From: Trueperaceae bacterium
GTDB lineage: Bacteria; Deinococcota; Deinococci; Deinococcales; Trueperaceae
Reading direction: 5' to 3'
DNA length: 64,000 nt
Assembly: GCA_965213705.1 (NCBI GenBank)
Contig: OZ243913.1
Coordinates: forward strand, 2,432,001-2,496,000
The notes beneath the pieces are model-generated. The model had not been told where the DNA came from and searched no databases. It worked only from the letters and a program-made list of their open reading frames with translations. Position 1 is the first letter of the stretch; each line of letters begins with the position of its first letter. Positions 1 to 10,188 of this stretch are shown here, piece after piece. Both the position numbers and the translations under genes were made by a program.

Positions 1-164
1 ACTTTTTGAACGCGCAGAGCGAAGCTATCATCGCGCTCAAAAAAGCGTTCGACGAGGCTGGTATTACGATTCCTTTTCCCATTCGCACCCTCGACTTCGG
101 CGTTGTGGGCGGCGAAAAGCTGGCCGAAGCTCTGCCAAGAGAGTGGTTTGTCGGCGAAAAATAA
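1..164 (+). CDS. MscS-family mechanosensitive channel, C-terminal fragment (5' end outside window)
   Basis: Frame from nt 3 reads FLNAQSEAIIALKKAFDEAGITIPFPIRTLDFG...EK*; the 'F..GI.IPFP.R' tail is typical of MscS. Confidence 0.75.
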   Translation, partial: FLNAQSEAIIALKKAFDEAGITIPFPIRTLDFGVVGGEKLAEALPREWFVGEK

Positions 165-196
165 ACCAGGGGCGGGCCCCAAAGCCCACCCCTGGT
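165..196. terminator. Hairpin between convergent mscS-like gene and trxA
   Basis: accaggggcgggc-cccaaa-gcccacccctggt inverted repeat. Confidence 0.55.
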
Positions 197-218
197 CGAG
201 GTACGAACGGGTACCGGC

Positions 219-554
219 TCAGTTGACCGCCGTGGCGACGTGCTTCTCGAGCTTGCTCTCGTAGGCACCCTTGGACATCGCGCCGACCATTGTCTCGACG
301 GGCTCGCCGTCTTTGAACAAGATGACGGTGGGAATGCTCATCACGCGGTAGCTCATCGCGGTTTGTTGGTTGTCGTCGACGTTCAACTTGCCGACCTTGA
401 CTTTGCCGTTGTAGTCGTCTGCCAACTGCTCGATAACCGGGCCGACCATGCGGCAAGGGCCACACCAAGGTGCCCAAAAGTCGACGAGGACGAGGCCCTC
501 TTTGGTTTCGTCGGTGAAGTTGCTGTCGGTGAATTCGTGCGTCGTTTCAGCCAT
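219..554 (-). CDS. trxA: Thioredoxin
   Basis: WCGPC active site; ATG at 554 with upstream GGAG (MAETTHEF...). Confidence 0.95.
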   Translation of the reverse strand: MAETTHEFTDSNFTDETKEGLVLVDFWAPWCGPCRMVGPVIEQLADDYNGKVKVGKLNVDDNQQTAMSYRVMSIPTVILFKDGEPVETMVGAMSKGAYESKLEKHVATAVN

Positions 555-735
555 GTCTCCTCCAGAAACCCACTCTAGGGCAGTAAACCGAGACGGGTAT
601 GTCAGGTACTGTACATAACATAGTCTTTGGCCGGCGTCCCAGAACACCCGCCGTTTGCGCAACGCGCCGGTGACAACCGGTGACAATCCGTCACACGCTG
701 CACTCTCTTTTTGAAGTATCTGTTAGGTTGAAGAG

Positions 736-1380
736 GTGCCTAATGTACCTCTGTTTCCTTTGCCGGGAACAGTTATCTTTCCAGGAATGACCGTTCCACT
801 CTATGTTTTTGAAGAGCGCTACAAGCGTTTGGTCAAAGTTTGTCTCGAGCAGGAGAAGCCCCGTTTCGCGATGGTTTTGTCCAAAGAGGAGGACGTCATC
901 CGCGACGGGCAACCCCCTTTTTTCGAGGTGGGTACGTTCGTTTATATTTTGCAGATTGCCGAAAACCCCGACGGAACTTACAACGTGTTGGGTCACGGTC
1001 AAGAGCGCTGCCGGGTCGAGATTGTCGACGAAGAGGCGGTCACCGACGTGGACGGAACCAGTCGGCCGCTCTTTTACTCCGAGGCGCAAGCGTTCGCCCT
1101 CGAGCGGGGTGACCCGAACTTAGAACGTATCGCGGCCTGGGACGCGCTCGACACCTTCCGCGACTACGCCAAGACGTTTTTCGCCTTTGACGCCCTCAAA
1201 CAAATAGAGCAAGTGCTGCCCGACGACGTGCTTTACCAAGCCTCTTTTATCTGCGCCAACATCCGGGTGCCGCCGGACTCGCGCCAGGTCTTGCTCGAGT
1301 CCCCTTCACTGACCGCTCGCTTTCAACTGTCGCGCAAACTGATGGAAGAGCGCTTGGCGGCCCACAAACCCGCCGGCTGA
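736..1380 (+). CDS. LON peptidase substrate-binding (N-terminal) domain protein
   Basis: PLFPLPGTVIFPG..PLYVFEERY motif. Confidence 0.85.
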   Translation: MPNVPLFPLPGTVIFPGMTVPLYVFEERYKRLVKVCLEQEKPRFAMVLSKEEDVIRDGQPPFFEVGTFVYILQIAENPDGTYNVLGHGQERCRVEIVDEEAVTDVDGTSRPLFYSEAQAFALERGDPNLERIAAWDALDTFRDYAKTFFAFDALKQIEQVLPDDVLYQASFICANIRVPPDSRQVLLESPSLTARFQLSRKLMEERLAAHKPAG

Positions 1381-1438
1381 CGCCGAACCTGACTATTTTT
1401 CGTCCCCGAGGTTCCAAAGTACTGTTAGACTCGGCACT

Positions 1439-2491
1439 ATGGACACACCGACCGAACGGCTGACGTTCCGCTGGGCCGACTTTCCGCCACTGACCATTTC
1501 ACCCGGCAGCGGCGGAACCCTGCGGTCCACGCCCGAAGACTTCAAAGTCGAAGAAATACCGCTCTACACACCTCAAGGAAGCGGCTCGCACTTTTACGCT
1601 CGAGTTCAAAAGCGGGGTCTCACCACCCGCGACCTAGTGGTGGCGCTGCTAGGGCAAGGTCTAAAAGAGCAAGAAATCGGTGTGGCCGGGCTCAAAGACA
1701 AACACGCCCTCACGACGCAGTGGCTCAGCGTGCCGCACCGACACGCAGGCGCCGTCACCGCCCTCGCTAACTTAGACGGCGTGACGGTGCTGGAAACTTC
1801 GCGTCACAAAAACAAGCTCGGTATCGGACACCTAAAAGGCAACCGCTTCAGCGTACAGGTGCGAGACGTCGGCCCGGGCGGCTTCGCGGCGGCGCAGGCA
1901 ACGCTTGCAGCGCTCGCGACCCACGGGGTTCCCAACTACTTCGGGCCGCAGCGTTTCGGTCGCTTCGGTACCAACGCCGTCGACGGCTACAAACTCGTCA
2001 AGGGTGAACAAGTACCCGGTGGACACCGCTTGAAACGCTTTTTTGTGTCGGCGTTGCAGTCGCTTTTGTTCAACCACCTGCTGGCACGGCGGCTCGAGGC
2101 GGGCCTGTTCGACCGGGTTGTCCCCGGCGATTGGGCCAAAAAACACGACACCGGTGGCGTGTTCGAAGTCGAGAACCAGGCCGAACAAGAGCGCGCACGA
2201 CGTTTCGAAATCAGCGCGACGTTGCCGCTCTACGGCAAAAAGGTTCGCCTCTCCGGGGCTCGAGCAGGCGAGTGGGAAACGGCGACCCTCGACTACTACG
2301 GTTTGCGGTGGGAGGACTTTCGGAGCCGTCACGGTGACCGGCGGCTGTCGAGGTTGCCTTTCGAGGGCGTCCTCACCGAGAACGAGGCCGGTTACCACTT
2401 GACCTTCGCTTTACCCAAAGGTGCTTTTGCAACGAGCGTCCTGCGCGAGGTCATGAAAAGCGAAATAGATGTGGTCGAGGATGACGATTAA
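1439..2491 (+). CDS. truD: tRNA pseudouridine(13) synthase
   Basis: DFKVEE, AGLKDKHA, GNRF and NYFGPQRFG motifs. Confidence 0.95.
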   Translation: MDTPTERLTFRWADFPPLTISPGSGGTLRSTPEDFKVEEIPLYTPQGSGSHFYARVQKRGLTTRDLVVALLGQGLKEQEIGVAGLKDKHALTTQWLSVPHRHAGAVTALANLDGVTVLETSRHKNKLGIGHLKGNRFSVQVRDVGPGGFAAAQATLAALATHGVPNYFGPQRFGRFGTNAVDGYKLVKGEQVPGGHRLKRFFVSALQSLLFNHLLARRLEAGLFDRVVPGDWAKKHDTGGVFEVENQAEQERARRFEISATLPLYGKKVRLSGARAGEWETATLDYYGLRWEDFRSRHGDRRLSRLPFEGVLTENEAGYHLTFALPKGAFATSVLREVMKSEIDVVEDDD

Positions 2492-2560
2492 ACAAGCGGG
2501 TTTACTTTTACCTTTGACTAGAAAGACAGCTCCCCATGCTTTAGAAATGTGGATTTAACT

Positions 2561-2607
2561 TCGGTAATTAAATTACACGCAGACCTATCGTGAAACAAAT
2601 CACTTAT
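2561..2607 (-). repeat. Dispersed polar 47-bp site, copy 1
   Basis: - strand ATAAGTG-atttg-TTTCAC-gataggtctgcgt-GTAATT-taattaccga; most diverged full copy; lies between convergent genes. Confidence 0.6.
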
Positions 2608-2697
2608 TTTATCATGTGTATGGTTGCGGTCAGGACAGCTGGTTCTTCGCCCAAACAACTGTTTTTTTATATGACTTTATTTGTTAAGGTTTGGAAA

Positions 2698-2719
2698 ACC
2701 CGTGGCGTACGCCACGGGT
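2698..2719 (-). terminator. Probable terminator of the TRAP operon
   Basis: Perfect 22-bp palindrome acccgtggcgtacgccacgggt followed by a short T run on the - strand. Confidence 0.65.
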
Positions 2720-2729
2720 AAGGTCTCGT

Positions 2730-4712
2730 TTATTCTAAAGGATTCAGGACCACCCGGCCCCGCTCCTCCGTCTGCTCGCGGCGCAGCTTGGCGTAGTTGA
2801 TGCTCAACACGCCCAAAATCAGCACGAAACCCGCTATTTCCGCCCAATGGTGCGGCCAAAAAATGCCGACCGTCCCGACGGCGGCGAGGATGCGTGAAAA
2901 CCAATACATCTTCGTAAACATAAAGCCTTCCAACGCCGCTGCGAACGCGCCGAGCGCGGCAACCGCGGTGAGGACGTTCCAGGCGACCAACACGACCGGC
3001 CCGCCGACGATGATTTCCGGGTTGTAGACCATGAACAGCGGGATGAGGTACAGCCCCTTGGCGAACTTCCAGGCTTGCACGCCGGTCCGCATCGGGTCGG
3101 CCCCGGCGATGCCCGCCCCAGCGAACGCGGCCAGCGCGACCGGCGGCGTCACGTTCGAGTCTTGCGAGTACCAGAAGATGACGAGGTGCGCGATGATGAG
3201 CGGGATGCCGAACGTGTCGTGCAGCGCGGGCGCAGCCAACACCGCCAGGACGATGTAACTTGCCGTGACCGGCAAACCCATCCCCAGAATAAGGCTCGCA
3301 AAAATTAGAAAAACGAGCGCCAACAGCAAGTTGCCGCCCGACAGGCTTATCATCAGCGACGAGAACTTCAGCCCCAAGCCGGTCAAGCCCACCACCCCGA
3401 CCACCACGCCCGCGACCGCACAGGCGACGCTGACGGGAATGGCGTTTTTCGCGCCGGTCTCGAGCGCCACGACCAGGTTCTTCAGGCCCAGCCACAGGTA
3501 CGCGCCCCAGCTCAAACCGTCGTCGTCTTTCAAAAACACCCGCTGTACCAGCACCCGAGCCACCGACACCGCCAGCACCGCCAGGATGGCGATAAAGCCG
3601 ACTCGAGCCGGCGAAATGTTCAGCACCAGGAAGTAGATCAAAATCCCCAGCGGAATCAGAAAGTGCCAACCCGCGCGAAACACCTCGCCGACCTTGGGCA
3701 GCTCGGAGCGCGGCACGCCCTTCATGCCGCGTTTCGCCGCGATGATGTCGACGAACAAATAAACGGTCGCAAAGTACAAAATGGCGGGCAGCACGCTCAG
3801 TCTGACGATGTCCAAGTAGGGCAGCCCGGTGTACTCCGCAATTAAAAACGCGCCCGCGCCCATAATCGGCGGCATGATTTGCCCGCCCGTGCTCGCCGCC
3901 GCCTCGACGCCGCCGGCTTCTTCGGGCGTGTAGCCGAGCTTTTTCATCAGCGGAATCGTGAACGCGCCGCTCGTCACCACGTTGGCAATCGCGCTCCCTG
4001 AAATCGAGCCCAGCCCCGCCGAGGCCAGCACCGCCGCCTTGGCCGGGCCGCCCCGCTGCCGTCCGGCGGCGGCGTAAGCCATGTCGATAAAAAACTTGCC
4101 GCCGCCGGTCATCTCCAAAAACGCGCCGAACAGCACGAAAATAAACACAAACGTCGCCGCCACCCCGAGCGCGATGCCGTAAATCCCCTCTTGCCCCAAA
4201 TAGAGTTGCGCGACGATGCGGTCGACTTTGTAGCCCTTGTGCGCCAGGATGCCGGGCAGCACCCCGTTCAAAAAGGGCAGCGCCCCGCGGCTGCCGATCA
4301 TCGCGTAGGCGATAAAAGTGCCTGCGATAATCGTAATCGCGACGCCCACGACGCGGCGGCTGGCTTCCAGCAGCGTCACCACCGTAATCACCCCGGCGAC
4401 GATGTCCGTCTGCGTCCAAAACCCCGCCCGGTTGATAATCGCGTCCAGGTTGTAAATAAGGTAAAACCCCGAATACGCCGCGCCTGCGATAAACGCGCCG
4501 TCGATAAGCCAACCCAACACGCCGCGCCGCTTTTTAAACACCGGAAACAGCAAAAACGCCAGCACTAAAATAAACGCCAGGTGCGTCCCACGCTGGTAAA
4601 ACAGGTTCGGTTTGTAGATGCCCGCGGTGTAGAGCTGAAACAGCGACAGCGCCACGCCGATTATAGTTACTGCAACGACGACGGGCCGCGCGTAGTTCGG
4701 GGTTTGGGTCAT
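2730..4712 (-). CDS. TRAP transporter fused (4TM/12TM) permease, TAXI type
   Basis: GGPAKAAV, SGSAIANVV, ASTGGQIMPPIMGA and VTPPVALA motifs. Confidence 0.93.
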   Translation of the reverse strand: MTQTPNYARPVVVAVTIIGVALSLFQLYTAGIYKPNLFYQRGTHLAFILVLAFLLFPVFKKRRGVLGWLIDGAFIAGAAYSGFYLIYNLDAIINRAGFWTQTDIVAGVITVVTLLEASRRVVGVAITIIAGTFIAYAMIGSRGALPFLNGVLPGILAHKGYKVDRIVAQLYLGQEGIYGIALGVAATFVFIFVLFGAFLEMTGGGKFFIDMAYAAAGRQRGGPAKAAVLASAGLGSISGSAIANVVTSGAFTIPLMKKLGYTPEEAGGVEAAASTGGQIMPPIMGAGAFLIAEYTGLPYLDIVRLSVLPAILYFATVYLFVDIIAAKRGMKGVPRSELPKVGEVFRAGWHFLIPLGILIYFLVLNISPARVGFIAILAVLAVSVARVLVQRVFLKDDDGLSWGAYLWLGLKNLVVALETGAKNAIPVSVACAVAGVVVGVVGLTGLGLKFSSLMISLSGGNLLLALVFLIFASLILGMGLPVTASYIVLAVLAAPALHDTFGIPLIIAHLVIFWYSQDSNVTPPVALAAFAGAGIAGADPMRTGVQAWKFAKGLYLIPLFMVYNPEIIVGGPVVLVAWNVLTAVAALGAFAAALEGFMFTKMYWFSRILAAVGTVGIFWPHHWAEIAGFVLILGVLSINYAKLRREQTEERGRVVLNPLE

Positions 4713-4725
4713 GTCACCACCTTGT

Positions 4726-4762
4726 GGGGGAAGTAGGGGAGTGGGGGAGAGAGGGAGTAGGG
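4726..4762 (+). repeat. G-rich purine repeat (G-quadruplex-like)
   Basis: gggggaagtaggggagtgggggagagagggagtaggg; near-identical reverse copy at 44679-44715. Confidence 0.65.
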
Positions 4763-4822
4763 AAGGATATATTGGTGAGCGGAGGAGCCCGGAAAAAGCT
4801 TTTGACGTTTACTTTCTACTTT

Positions 4823-5329
4823 TCACTCGGTCCTCGGTACTTTTTCGCTCACCACCTCGAGCCGCACCCGTTGGTGTTCGGCCACGGCGCTCAGCGAGTA
4901 CAGTTTGCCCCCGACGATTAACCGGTGGTTTACCGCCTTGGAGCCGACCCGCAGAAAGTAAGCGTTGCCGGGAACGGGTTCGTCGATGCCCCGAATCCAG
5001 TAGCCATGCGCGCCGTCACTCGTGACGACGCCCCGCCCTGGAATGTGGCCGAGCCCGGCGTCGAACGCTTGAGTGTGCGAGGCGGTCAGGACCATGCGTT
5101 CACCGTCGTAAAAATAATAGTCGTCGACCAAAATACCGGTGACCGAGTGGTTCCACTCGACGACCCAGGCGTAAGGAGGTGTGAGCGCGATGTCGTAGAG
5201 AACCGCGCCGTCGTCGGCCCTCACGCGCAAGTGCGGCGTGGCAACAGCGCCGGCGGTCGTCAGCATAAAAACCGTCAGCAGCAAAAGGAGCAAGCCGCTA
5301 AGCTTGCTCCCTTGAAACGGCATTTTCAT
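4823..5329 (-). CDS. DUF1850-like TAXI-TRAP accessory protein
   Basis: Position between TAXI binding protein and permease; W.HSV and 'GAGLG'-like motifs. Confidence 0.75.
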   Translation of the reverse strand: MKMPFQGSKLSGLLLLLLTVFMLTTAGAVATPHLRVRADDGAVLYDIALTPPYAWVVEWNHSVTGILVDDYYFYDGERMVLTASHTQAFDAGLGHIPGRGVVTSDGAHGYWIRGIDEPVPGNAYFLRVGSKAVNHRLIVGGKLYSLSAVAEHQRVRLEVVSEKVPRTE

Positions 5330-5336
5330 TCTAAGT

Positions 5337-6320
5337 CTAGTTTCCCGTCATCAGGCGGTCGGGAATGGTCATGCCCTGCTCCTCGTAGTAGCGCAGCGCG
5401 CCGGGGTGCAAGGGAATGGGGGTGGACTCCAAGCTGAACTCGGGCGTGGTGTCTTTCGCCGACGGGTGAACCGCGATGACCTCGTCGATGTGGTCGTAGA
5501 TTGTCTTGATGAGGGTGTAGGCGAGTTCTTCGTCCATCTCGGCCCCCACTACGATGACGTTGGGCGTGCCCACGGTCGTGACGTCCGCGTCCTGGCCGGG
5601 ATAAAGGCCACTCGCGATGGTATAGCTTGCAAAAGTCGGGTCGGCGTCGATGCTCGCTTGCACCTCTTCCTCAGTCAGGGAGATGAGCACGACGTCGCGG
5701 GTGGTGGCGAGGTCGAGAAGCGAACTCGTCGGCGGCCCGACGCTCAAGAAGCCGGCGTCGAGCTGGCCGTCGCGCAGGGCGTCGGCGGTCTCGTTGAAGT
5801 TTAAGCGTTGCGCATTGATGTCGTCGTAGGTGATGCCGTTGGCGTTCAGGATGGTCTGCGCCGAAACTTCGGTGCCGCTGCCCGGCGCACCCACCGAGAT
5901 GCGCTTGCCCTGCAAGTCCTGCAGTGTGGTGATGCCCGAGCCTGCAAGCGCGACGATGTGAACGGCGTTCGGATAAGCCGAGCCGAGCGCGCGCAGGTTT
6001 TCAAGCGCGCCGGGCCGACCGTCCTGCCCGTCGAACGCGCCGGTGCCCGTGTAGGCCTGGTACACGGTGTCGGCCAGCGCGAGCGCGATGTCCGAGTCCC
6101 CTCGAGAAATTAAGCCCACGTTCTCGACCGACGCGCCGGTCACCTCGGCGACCGCCGTGTAGCCGTCCATGTACTTGTTGACGAGTTCGGCGTAAGCGCC
6201 GCCGGTCGGGTAGTACACCCCGCCGGTGCCGCCCGTGGCGATGGACAACTCGCCCTGGGCGAGAGCGCCCCCCAAAAGCAACGTGACGACGGAAACCAGT
6301 ACTGTGCGTGTAAAACGCAT
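5337..6320 (-). CDS. TAXI-family TRAP substrate-binding protein
   Basis: IATGGTGGVYYP, TGASVEN, GAPGSGT and PLHPGA motifs; ATG at 6320 with GGAGG. Confidence 0.93.
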   Translation of the reverse strand: MRFTRTVLVSVVTLLLGGALAQGELSIATGGTGGVYYPTGGAYAELVNKYMDGYTAVAEVTGASVENVGLISRGDSDIALALADTVYQAYTGTGAFDGQDGRPGALENLRALGSAYPNAVHIVALAGSGITTLQDLQGKRISVGAPGSGTEVSAQTILNANGITYDDINAQRLNFNETADALRDGQLDAGFLSVGPPTSSLLDLATTRDVVLISLTEEEVQASIDADPTFASYTIASGLYPGQDADVTTVGTPNVIVVGAEMDEELAYTLIKTIYDHIDEVIAVHPSAKDTTPEFSLESTPIPLHPGALRYYEEQGMTIPDRLMTGN

Positions 6321-6508
6321 TGTTACCTCCTTTGCTTGGTTTGCTCGACTATACCAGACCCACGTGACGAGTGGGGGATGCCGTTTTAACCTTTTGCACA
6401 GACTCGGCCCCGCGTTGGCCCGGCAAAGGTGACAGTTTCCCCACGGACTCGCTGTTTTTCGTGCTACTTTGCTCGAGACTGTTCGCACCGCCGACCGAGG
6501 TAACGCCT

Positions 6509-6844
6509 ATGTCCCCAAAAACCGAGTTTCGACAAACCGAGCCCCGACAAACCGAGCCCCGACAAACCAAACAAACCCCGATTTCGCGCAAGTACGACAC
6601 GCCTGCGATAAACGAACTGTTGCTGCGGATTTTCGGCGAAGAACACCGGCGCCTCATCCACGCTACCTTGGCCGATTTGGACGCAGAATACCCACAGGGA
6701 GCCGGTTCGGGCGTTGCCAAACAAACGCAGACGCCGGCGCCGACGGTAGCGGAGACCCGCACCCGCCCCGACCCTTTCGAAACCATCGGCGCGGAACTGT
6801 TGCGCGAAGAGCGGTTGGACTTTCTCGAGGCGTTCAAACGCTAG
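6509..6844 (+). CDS. Hypothetical protein with RQTEP repeats
   Basis: ATG at 6509 after GAGG; 15-bp tandem repeat at 6530-6568. Confidence 0.5.
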   Translation: MSPKTEFRQTEPRQTEPRQTKQTPISRKYDTPAINELLLRIFGEEHRRLIHATLADLDAEYPQGAGSGVAKQTQTPAPTVAETRTRPDPFETIGAELLREERLDFLEAFKR

Positions 6845-7241
6845 AATCTAAGGCAAAAGAAGGGTAGGTTTTTCGAGCGTGTTTCGACGTCTGGCTAGCC
6901 CCTTTCGTTCGCGAAAGGTACCGACTCGTTCCAGCTTCGCCGGACTTCGGCGTTGAGCCACGACCAAAAAGTCTAAAGCTTGTACGGATTCCGATAAGAC
7001 AGCTAACAAACCTAGCAAGAGTTGTTCGCTTCCTTCGGAACCCGTGTCTTCTTGCTACGCTCTTTTTAACCAAGGTCATGAACCGGATAGGGTACAAGGC
7101 TTGGCACGCCGCGAGCCTTGCCGCTCTCAAACTCCCGCTCCGCAAACGATTCGAGATACACTGTTCAGCACAGCCGACCGAACGCGTGACCCCAAACACC
7201 GTGTTCGGCAGGAATAGTGTGCAGTCGGTAGGGAGGACGTT

Positions 7242-7709
7242 TTGATCGAGCCTGCAACGTTTCGGGCGGCCTTGGGCCGTTTTGCCAGCGGCGTCACCGT
7301 CGTGACGACAACTATGGACGACGAGGTTTACGGCATGACGGCGAGTGCCTTCTTGTCGGTTTCCCTGAAACCGCCGCTCGTGCTCGTGTCGGTCGACCGG
7401 CACGCGCACATGCACGCGTATCTCAAACAAACCAGGCGCTACGGCGTCAGCGTGTTGGGCGCTGAGCAGACCGTCCACTCCAACCACTTCGCGGGTTGGG
7501 AACAGCCGGGCTTCGCGCCGGAATTTCGCCGGCTGGACGGCGTGCCGGTGCTGGCCGGAGCCATCAGCACGCTCGCCGTAAGTGTCGTCGCCGTCCACGA
7601 GGCGGGCGACCACAGCCTGTTCGTCGGTGAGGTCACCGAGCTGAATTACACCGACGACGCACCGCTGCTTTACTTCGTCGGCAAGTACGGCGGGCTGCAG
7701 CCCGGGTAG
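7242..7709 (+). CDS. Flavin reductase family protein
   Basis: FRAALGRFASGVTVVT, SVSLKPPLV and AGDH motifs; GGAGG before TTG. Confidence 0.9.
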   Translation: MIEPATFRAALGRFASGVTVVTTTMDDEVYGMTASAFLSVSLKPPLVLVSVDRHAHMHAYLKQTRRYGVSVLGAEQTVHSNHFAGWEQPGFAPEFRRLDGVPVLAGAISTLAVSVVAVHEAGDHSLFVGEVTELNYTDDAPLLYFVGKYGGLQPG

Positions 7710-7715
7710 GGCGTG

Positions 7716-9182
7716 CTAGCCGAGGTTCACGCCCGCCAGCCTTGCGAACAACGGTTGCAGCGCCGGATAAGCTGCGCGAAAAAGTTTGTATTTTTCCCCG
7801 TAACGGGCGGTGTCGCCGGGCTGCCAAACGTTTTTGACGGCGGGCTCGACGGTGTAGGGCTCGACGGTGTAGTCTGCCGCATCCCCGCGCGCCACCTGCG
7901 CGGCGCGCACGGCCCCCTTAGCAGGCGTTGTGGCCGCCTCGGCCAGCACCTCGACCGGCACGCCCGTCACGTCGGCGAACAGTTGACAGAACGGGTTCGA
8001 CCCCGTGCCGCCACCCGTGAGGGTCAGCGCGGTGACGGCGTCCGGCACGAGCGCGTCGAGCGCGTGTTTGTAGGCGAACGCGACGCCCTCGAGCACCGCT
8101 CGAGCCAAGTCGTCCTGGGTGTGCTCGGGCGCTAAACCGACGAACGCGGCGCGCGCGAACGGGTCGCTGAAGGGGGAACGCTCCCCGTTTAAGTAAGGCA
8201 GGTAAAGAAGCTTGCTCGGCGGCCGGGCCAGGGCTCGAGCCACCATCTCGCCTGTATCCGCCGCGCCGAACAGCCCCTGCAGCCACGCCCAGTTGCCGCC
8301 CGCCGTCAGCAGCGGGGCGACGCAGACGAACAAACCTGAATTGGGGTGCGCCAACGTAATCACGCCCCGCCCGGGCGCGCCGCGGGCGGCCGAACTGTAG
8401 GCGACCCAGCCGCTCGTGCCGACGTAGGCGTAGGTTTTGCCCGGCACGCCGCAGCCCGCGCCCAAGGTCGTCGCGCCCGCGTCGCCCGGCCCTAAATGGA
8501 CGGGAATACCCGCCCTCACGCCCAGCGCCGCCGCACCGTCTTCGCTCAGCCACCCGACCTCCGCACCGCCTTTCACCAGCTTCGGCAACAGCCGGGCGAC
8601 GTTGAGTGCGTACACTTTTTCGAGGTCGAGCCAGTCACGTTGTTCCAGGTCGAGGAGGCCCGTGCTCGAGGCGTTCGTCGTGTCGCACACGGCTTGCCCG
8701 GTCAGTTTGAACGCTAAGTAGTCCGCCGCGCCGAGGAGGATTTGGCGGGCGCTTGCCAGGGTGGCGGCTTCATGCTGCTCGAGCCAGTGCAACTTCGCCG
8801 CCAGGCTTCCGGCTTCTTGGTCGTTGCCGGTCAGCTTCCGCAGCCGGTCGCGGCCGACGTGGTCGTTCAGCTCGGTTGCCTCGGCGTGGGCGCGGGTATC
8901 GCTGTAGAGGAGGACGGGGCGTAAAGGTTCACCGTCCGCAGACAACAAAATGAGGTTTTGCATCTGGCCGGTCAGGGCCACGGCGTCGGCGCTGTGAGCG
9001 CGGAGTTCACGGGCGGCCTCGCACGCCGCGCGCCACCAGTCGTCCGCGTCTTGTTCGACCCGGCCGTTGTCAAACGTACGTGTGGGGTAGGACCGGTAGG
9101 CCGCCTGCAAAACGGCGCCGCCCTCGTCCGTCAGCACCGCCTTGGTGCCGGTGGTGCCCACGTCGAAAACGAGGTAAGTCAC
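7716..9182 (-). CDS. FGGY carbohydrate kinase (xylulokinase-like)
   Basis: DVGTTGTKA, TGQMQ, YLNGERSP and LEGVA motifs. Confidence 0.88.
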   Translation of the reverse strand: MTYLVFDVGTTGTKAVLTDEGGAVLQAAYRSYPTRTFDNGRVEQDADDWWRAACEAARELRAHSADAVALTGQMQNLILLSADGEPLRPVLLYSDTRAHAEATELNDHVGRDRLRKLTGNDQEAGSLAAKLHWLEQHEAATLASARQILLGAADYLAFKLTGQAVCDTTNASSTGLLDLEQRDWLDLEKVYALNVARLLPKLVKGGAEVGWLSEDGAAALGVRAGIPVHLGPGDAGATTLGAGCGVPGKTYAYVGTSGWVAYSSAARGAPGRGVITLAHPNSGLFVCVAPLLTAGGNWAWLQGLFGAADTGEMVARALARPPSKLLYLPYLNGERSPFSDPFARAAFVGLAPEHTQDDLARAVLEGVAFAYKHALDALVPDAVTALTLTGGGTGSNPFCQLFADVTGVPVEVLAEAATTPAKGAVRAAQVARGDAADYTVEPYTVEPAVKNVWQPGDTARYGEKYKLFRAAYPALQPLFARLAGVNLG

Positions 9183-9183
9183 G

Positions 9184-10176
9184 TTACCGCCGCTGCCCCA
9201 AACTGCTCCACGCCACCGCCGCGATGATGATGGCGCCGACCAACATCTCGCGCACGTAGCTGTCGACGCGCAGTTGGGTCAGGCCGTTGTCGAGGACGCC
9301 CAAAATCAGCACGCCCAGCAAGGTGCCGAGCACGTGCGGCTCACCTTCTTCGCTCATCGTCATGCCCAAAAACACGGCGGCGATGGCGTCGAGCATCAAA
9401 CCGGCACCCTGCGTGGGGTTGGCCGAGGCGACCCGGCTCGCGTACATCACCCCGCCGACGGCCGCGCCCAAACCGGTCAGCGCGAAAGCGGCCAAGCGCA
9501 GCGGCCGCACCCGCACGCCCGCCAAGCGCGCCGCCTCGGGGTTGCCGCCGATGGCGTAGAGCCGCCGCCCGAAAACGGTGTGCCCCAACAGCAGCCATAC
9601 CACCAGGAGCACCCCCAGGGCGACCAGCGTGAGGTTCGGCAGCAGCAGCGCCCGCCCACCGACTTCGCCCAGGGGCAAACCGCCCCGCGCGAAGTCGCCG
9701 AACGTGGCCGGGATGTCGCGGCCGAACAGGGTTTTGCCGCCGCTGACAAAAAAAGCCACCCCGCTGAACATCGTCAGTGTGCCGAGCGTGGCGACGAACG
9801 GCAAAATTCCCACGTAGCTCACCAGCAGCCCGTTGAACAGCCCCGCCAGCAGCCCGACGGCCAGGGCGCAACTCACGCCCAGGGCCACACTGTGACCGTC
9901 CCGAAACAGCAGCGCCGCAGTGACGCCCGCCAAACTCGCCACCGAGCCGACGCTGAGGTCGAAGTCGCCCATCACCATCACCACGGTCATGGTAAAGGCG
10001 ACGACCGCCAACATACTGACCTGTTGCGAAATGTTGAGCCAGTTGCGCAGGTTCATAAAGGTGCCCGGCGTGTTGACCCAAAAAAAGACGACGACGGCGA
10101 GAAAGCCCAGCAGCGTGCTAGAACGGCGCAACGCGCCGAACCAAGGCGGTCGGTGTTTGAGGGTGGAACGGGCCAT
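9184..10176 (-). CDS. Sugar ABC transporter permease (RbsC-like)
   Basis: DLSVGS, PFVATLG and YAIGGNPEAARLAG motifs. Confidence 0.92.
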   Translation of the reverse strand: MARSTLKHRPPWFGALRRSSTLLGFLAVVVFFWVNTPGTFMNLRNWLNISQQVSMLAVVAFTMTVVMVMGDFDLSVGSVASLAGVTAALLFRDGHSVALGVSCALAVGLLAGLFNGLLVSYVGILPFVATLGTLTMFSGVAFFVSGGKTLFGRDIPATFGDFARGGLPLGEVGGRALLLPNLTLVALGVLLVVWLLLGHTVFGRRLYAIGGNPEAARLAGVRVRPLRLAAFALTGLGAAVGGVMYASRVASANPTQGAGLMLDAIAAVFLGMTMSEEGEPHVLGTLLGVLILGVLDNGLTQLRVDSYVREMLVGAIIIAAVAWSSLGQRR

Positions 10177-10188
10177 GTCTACTCCGGT

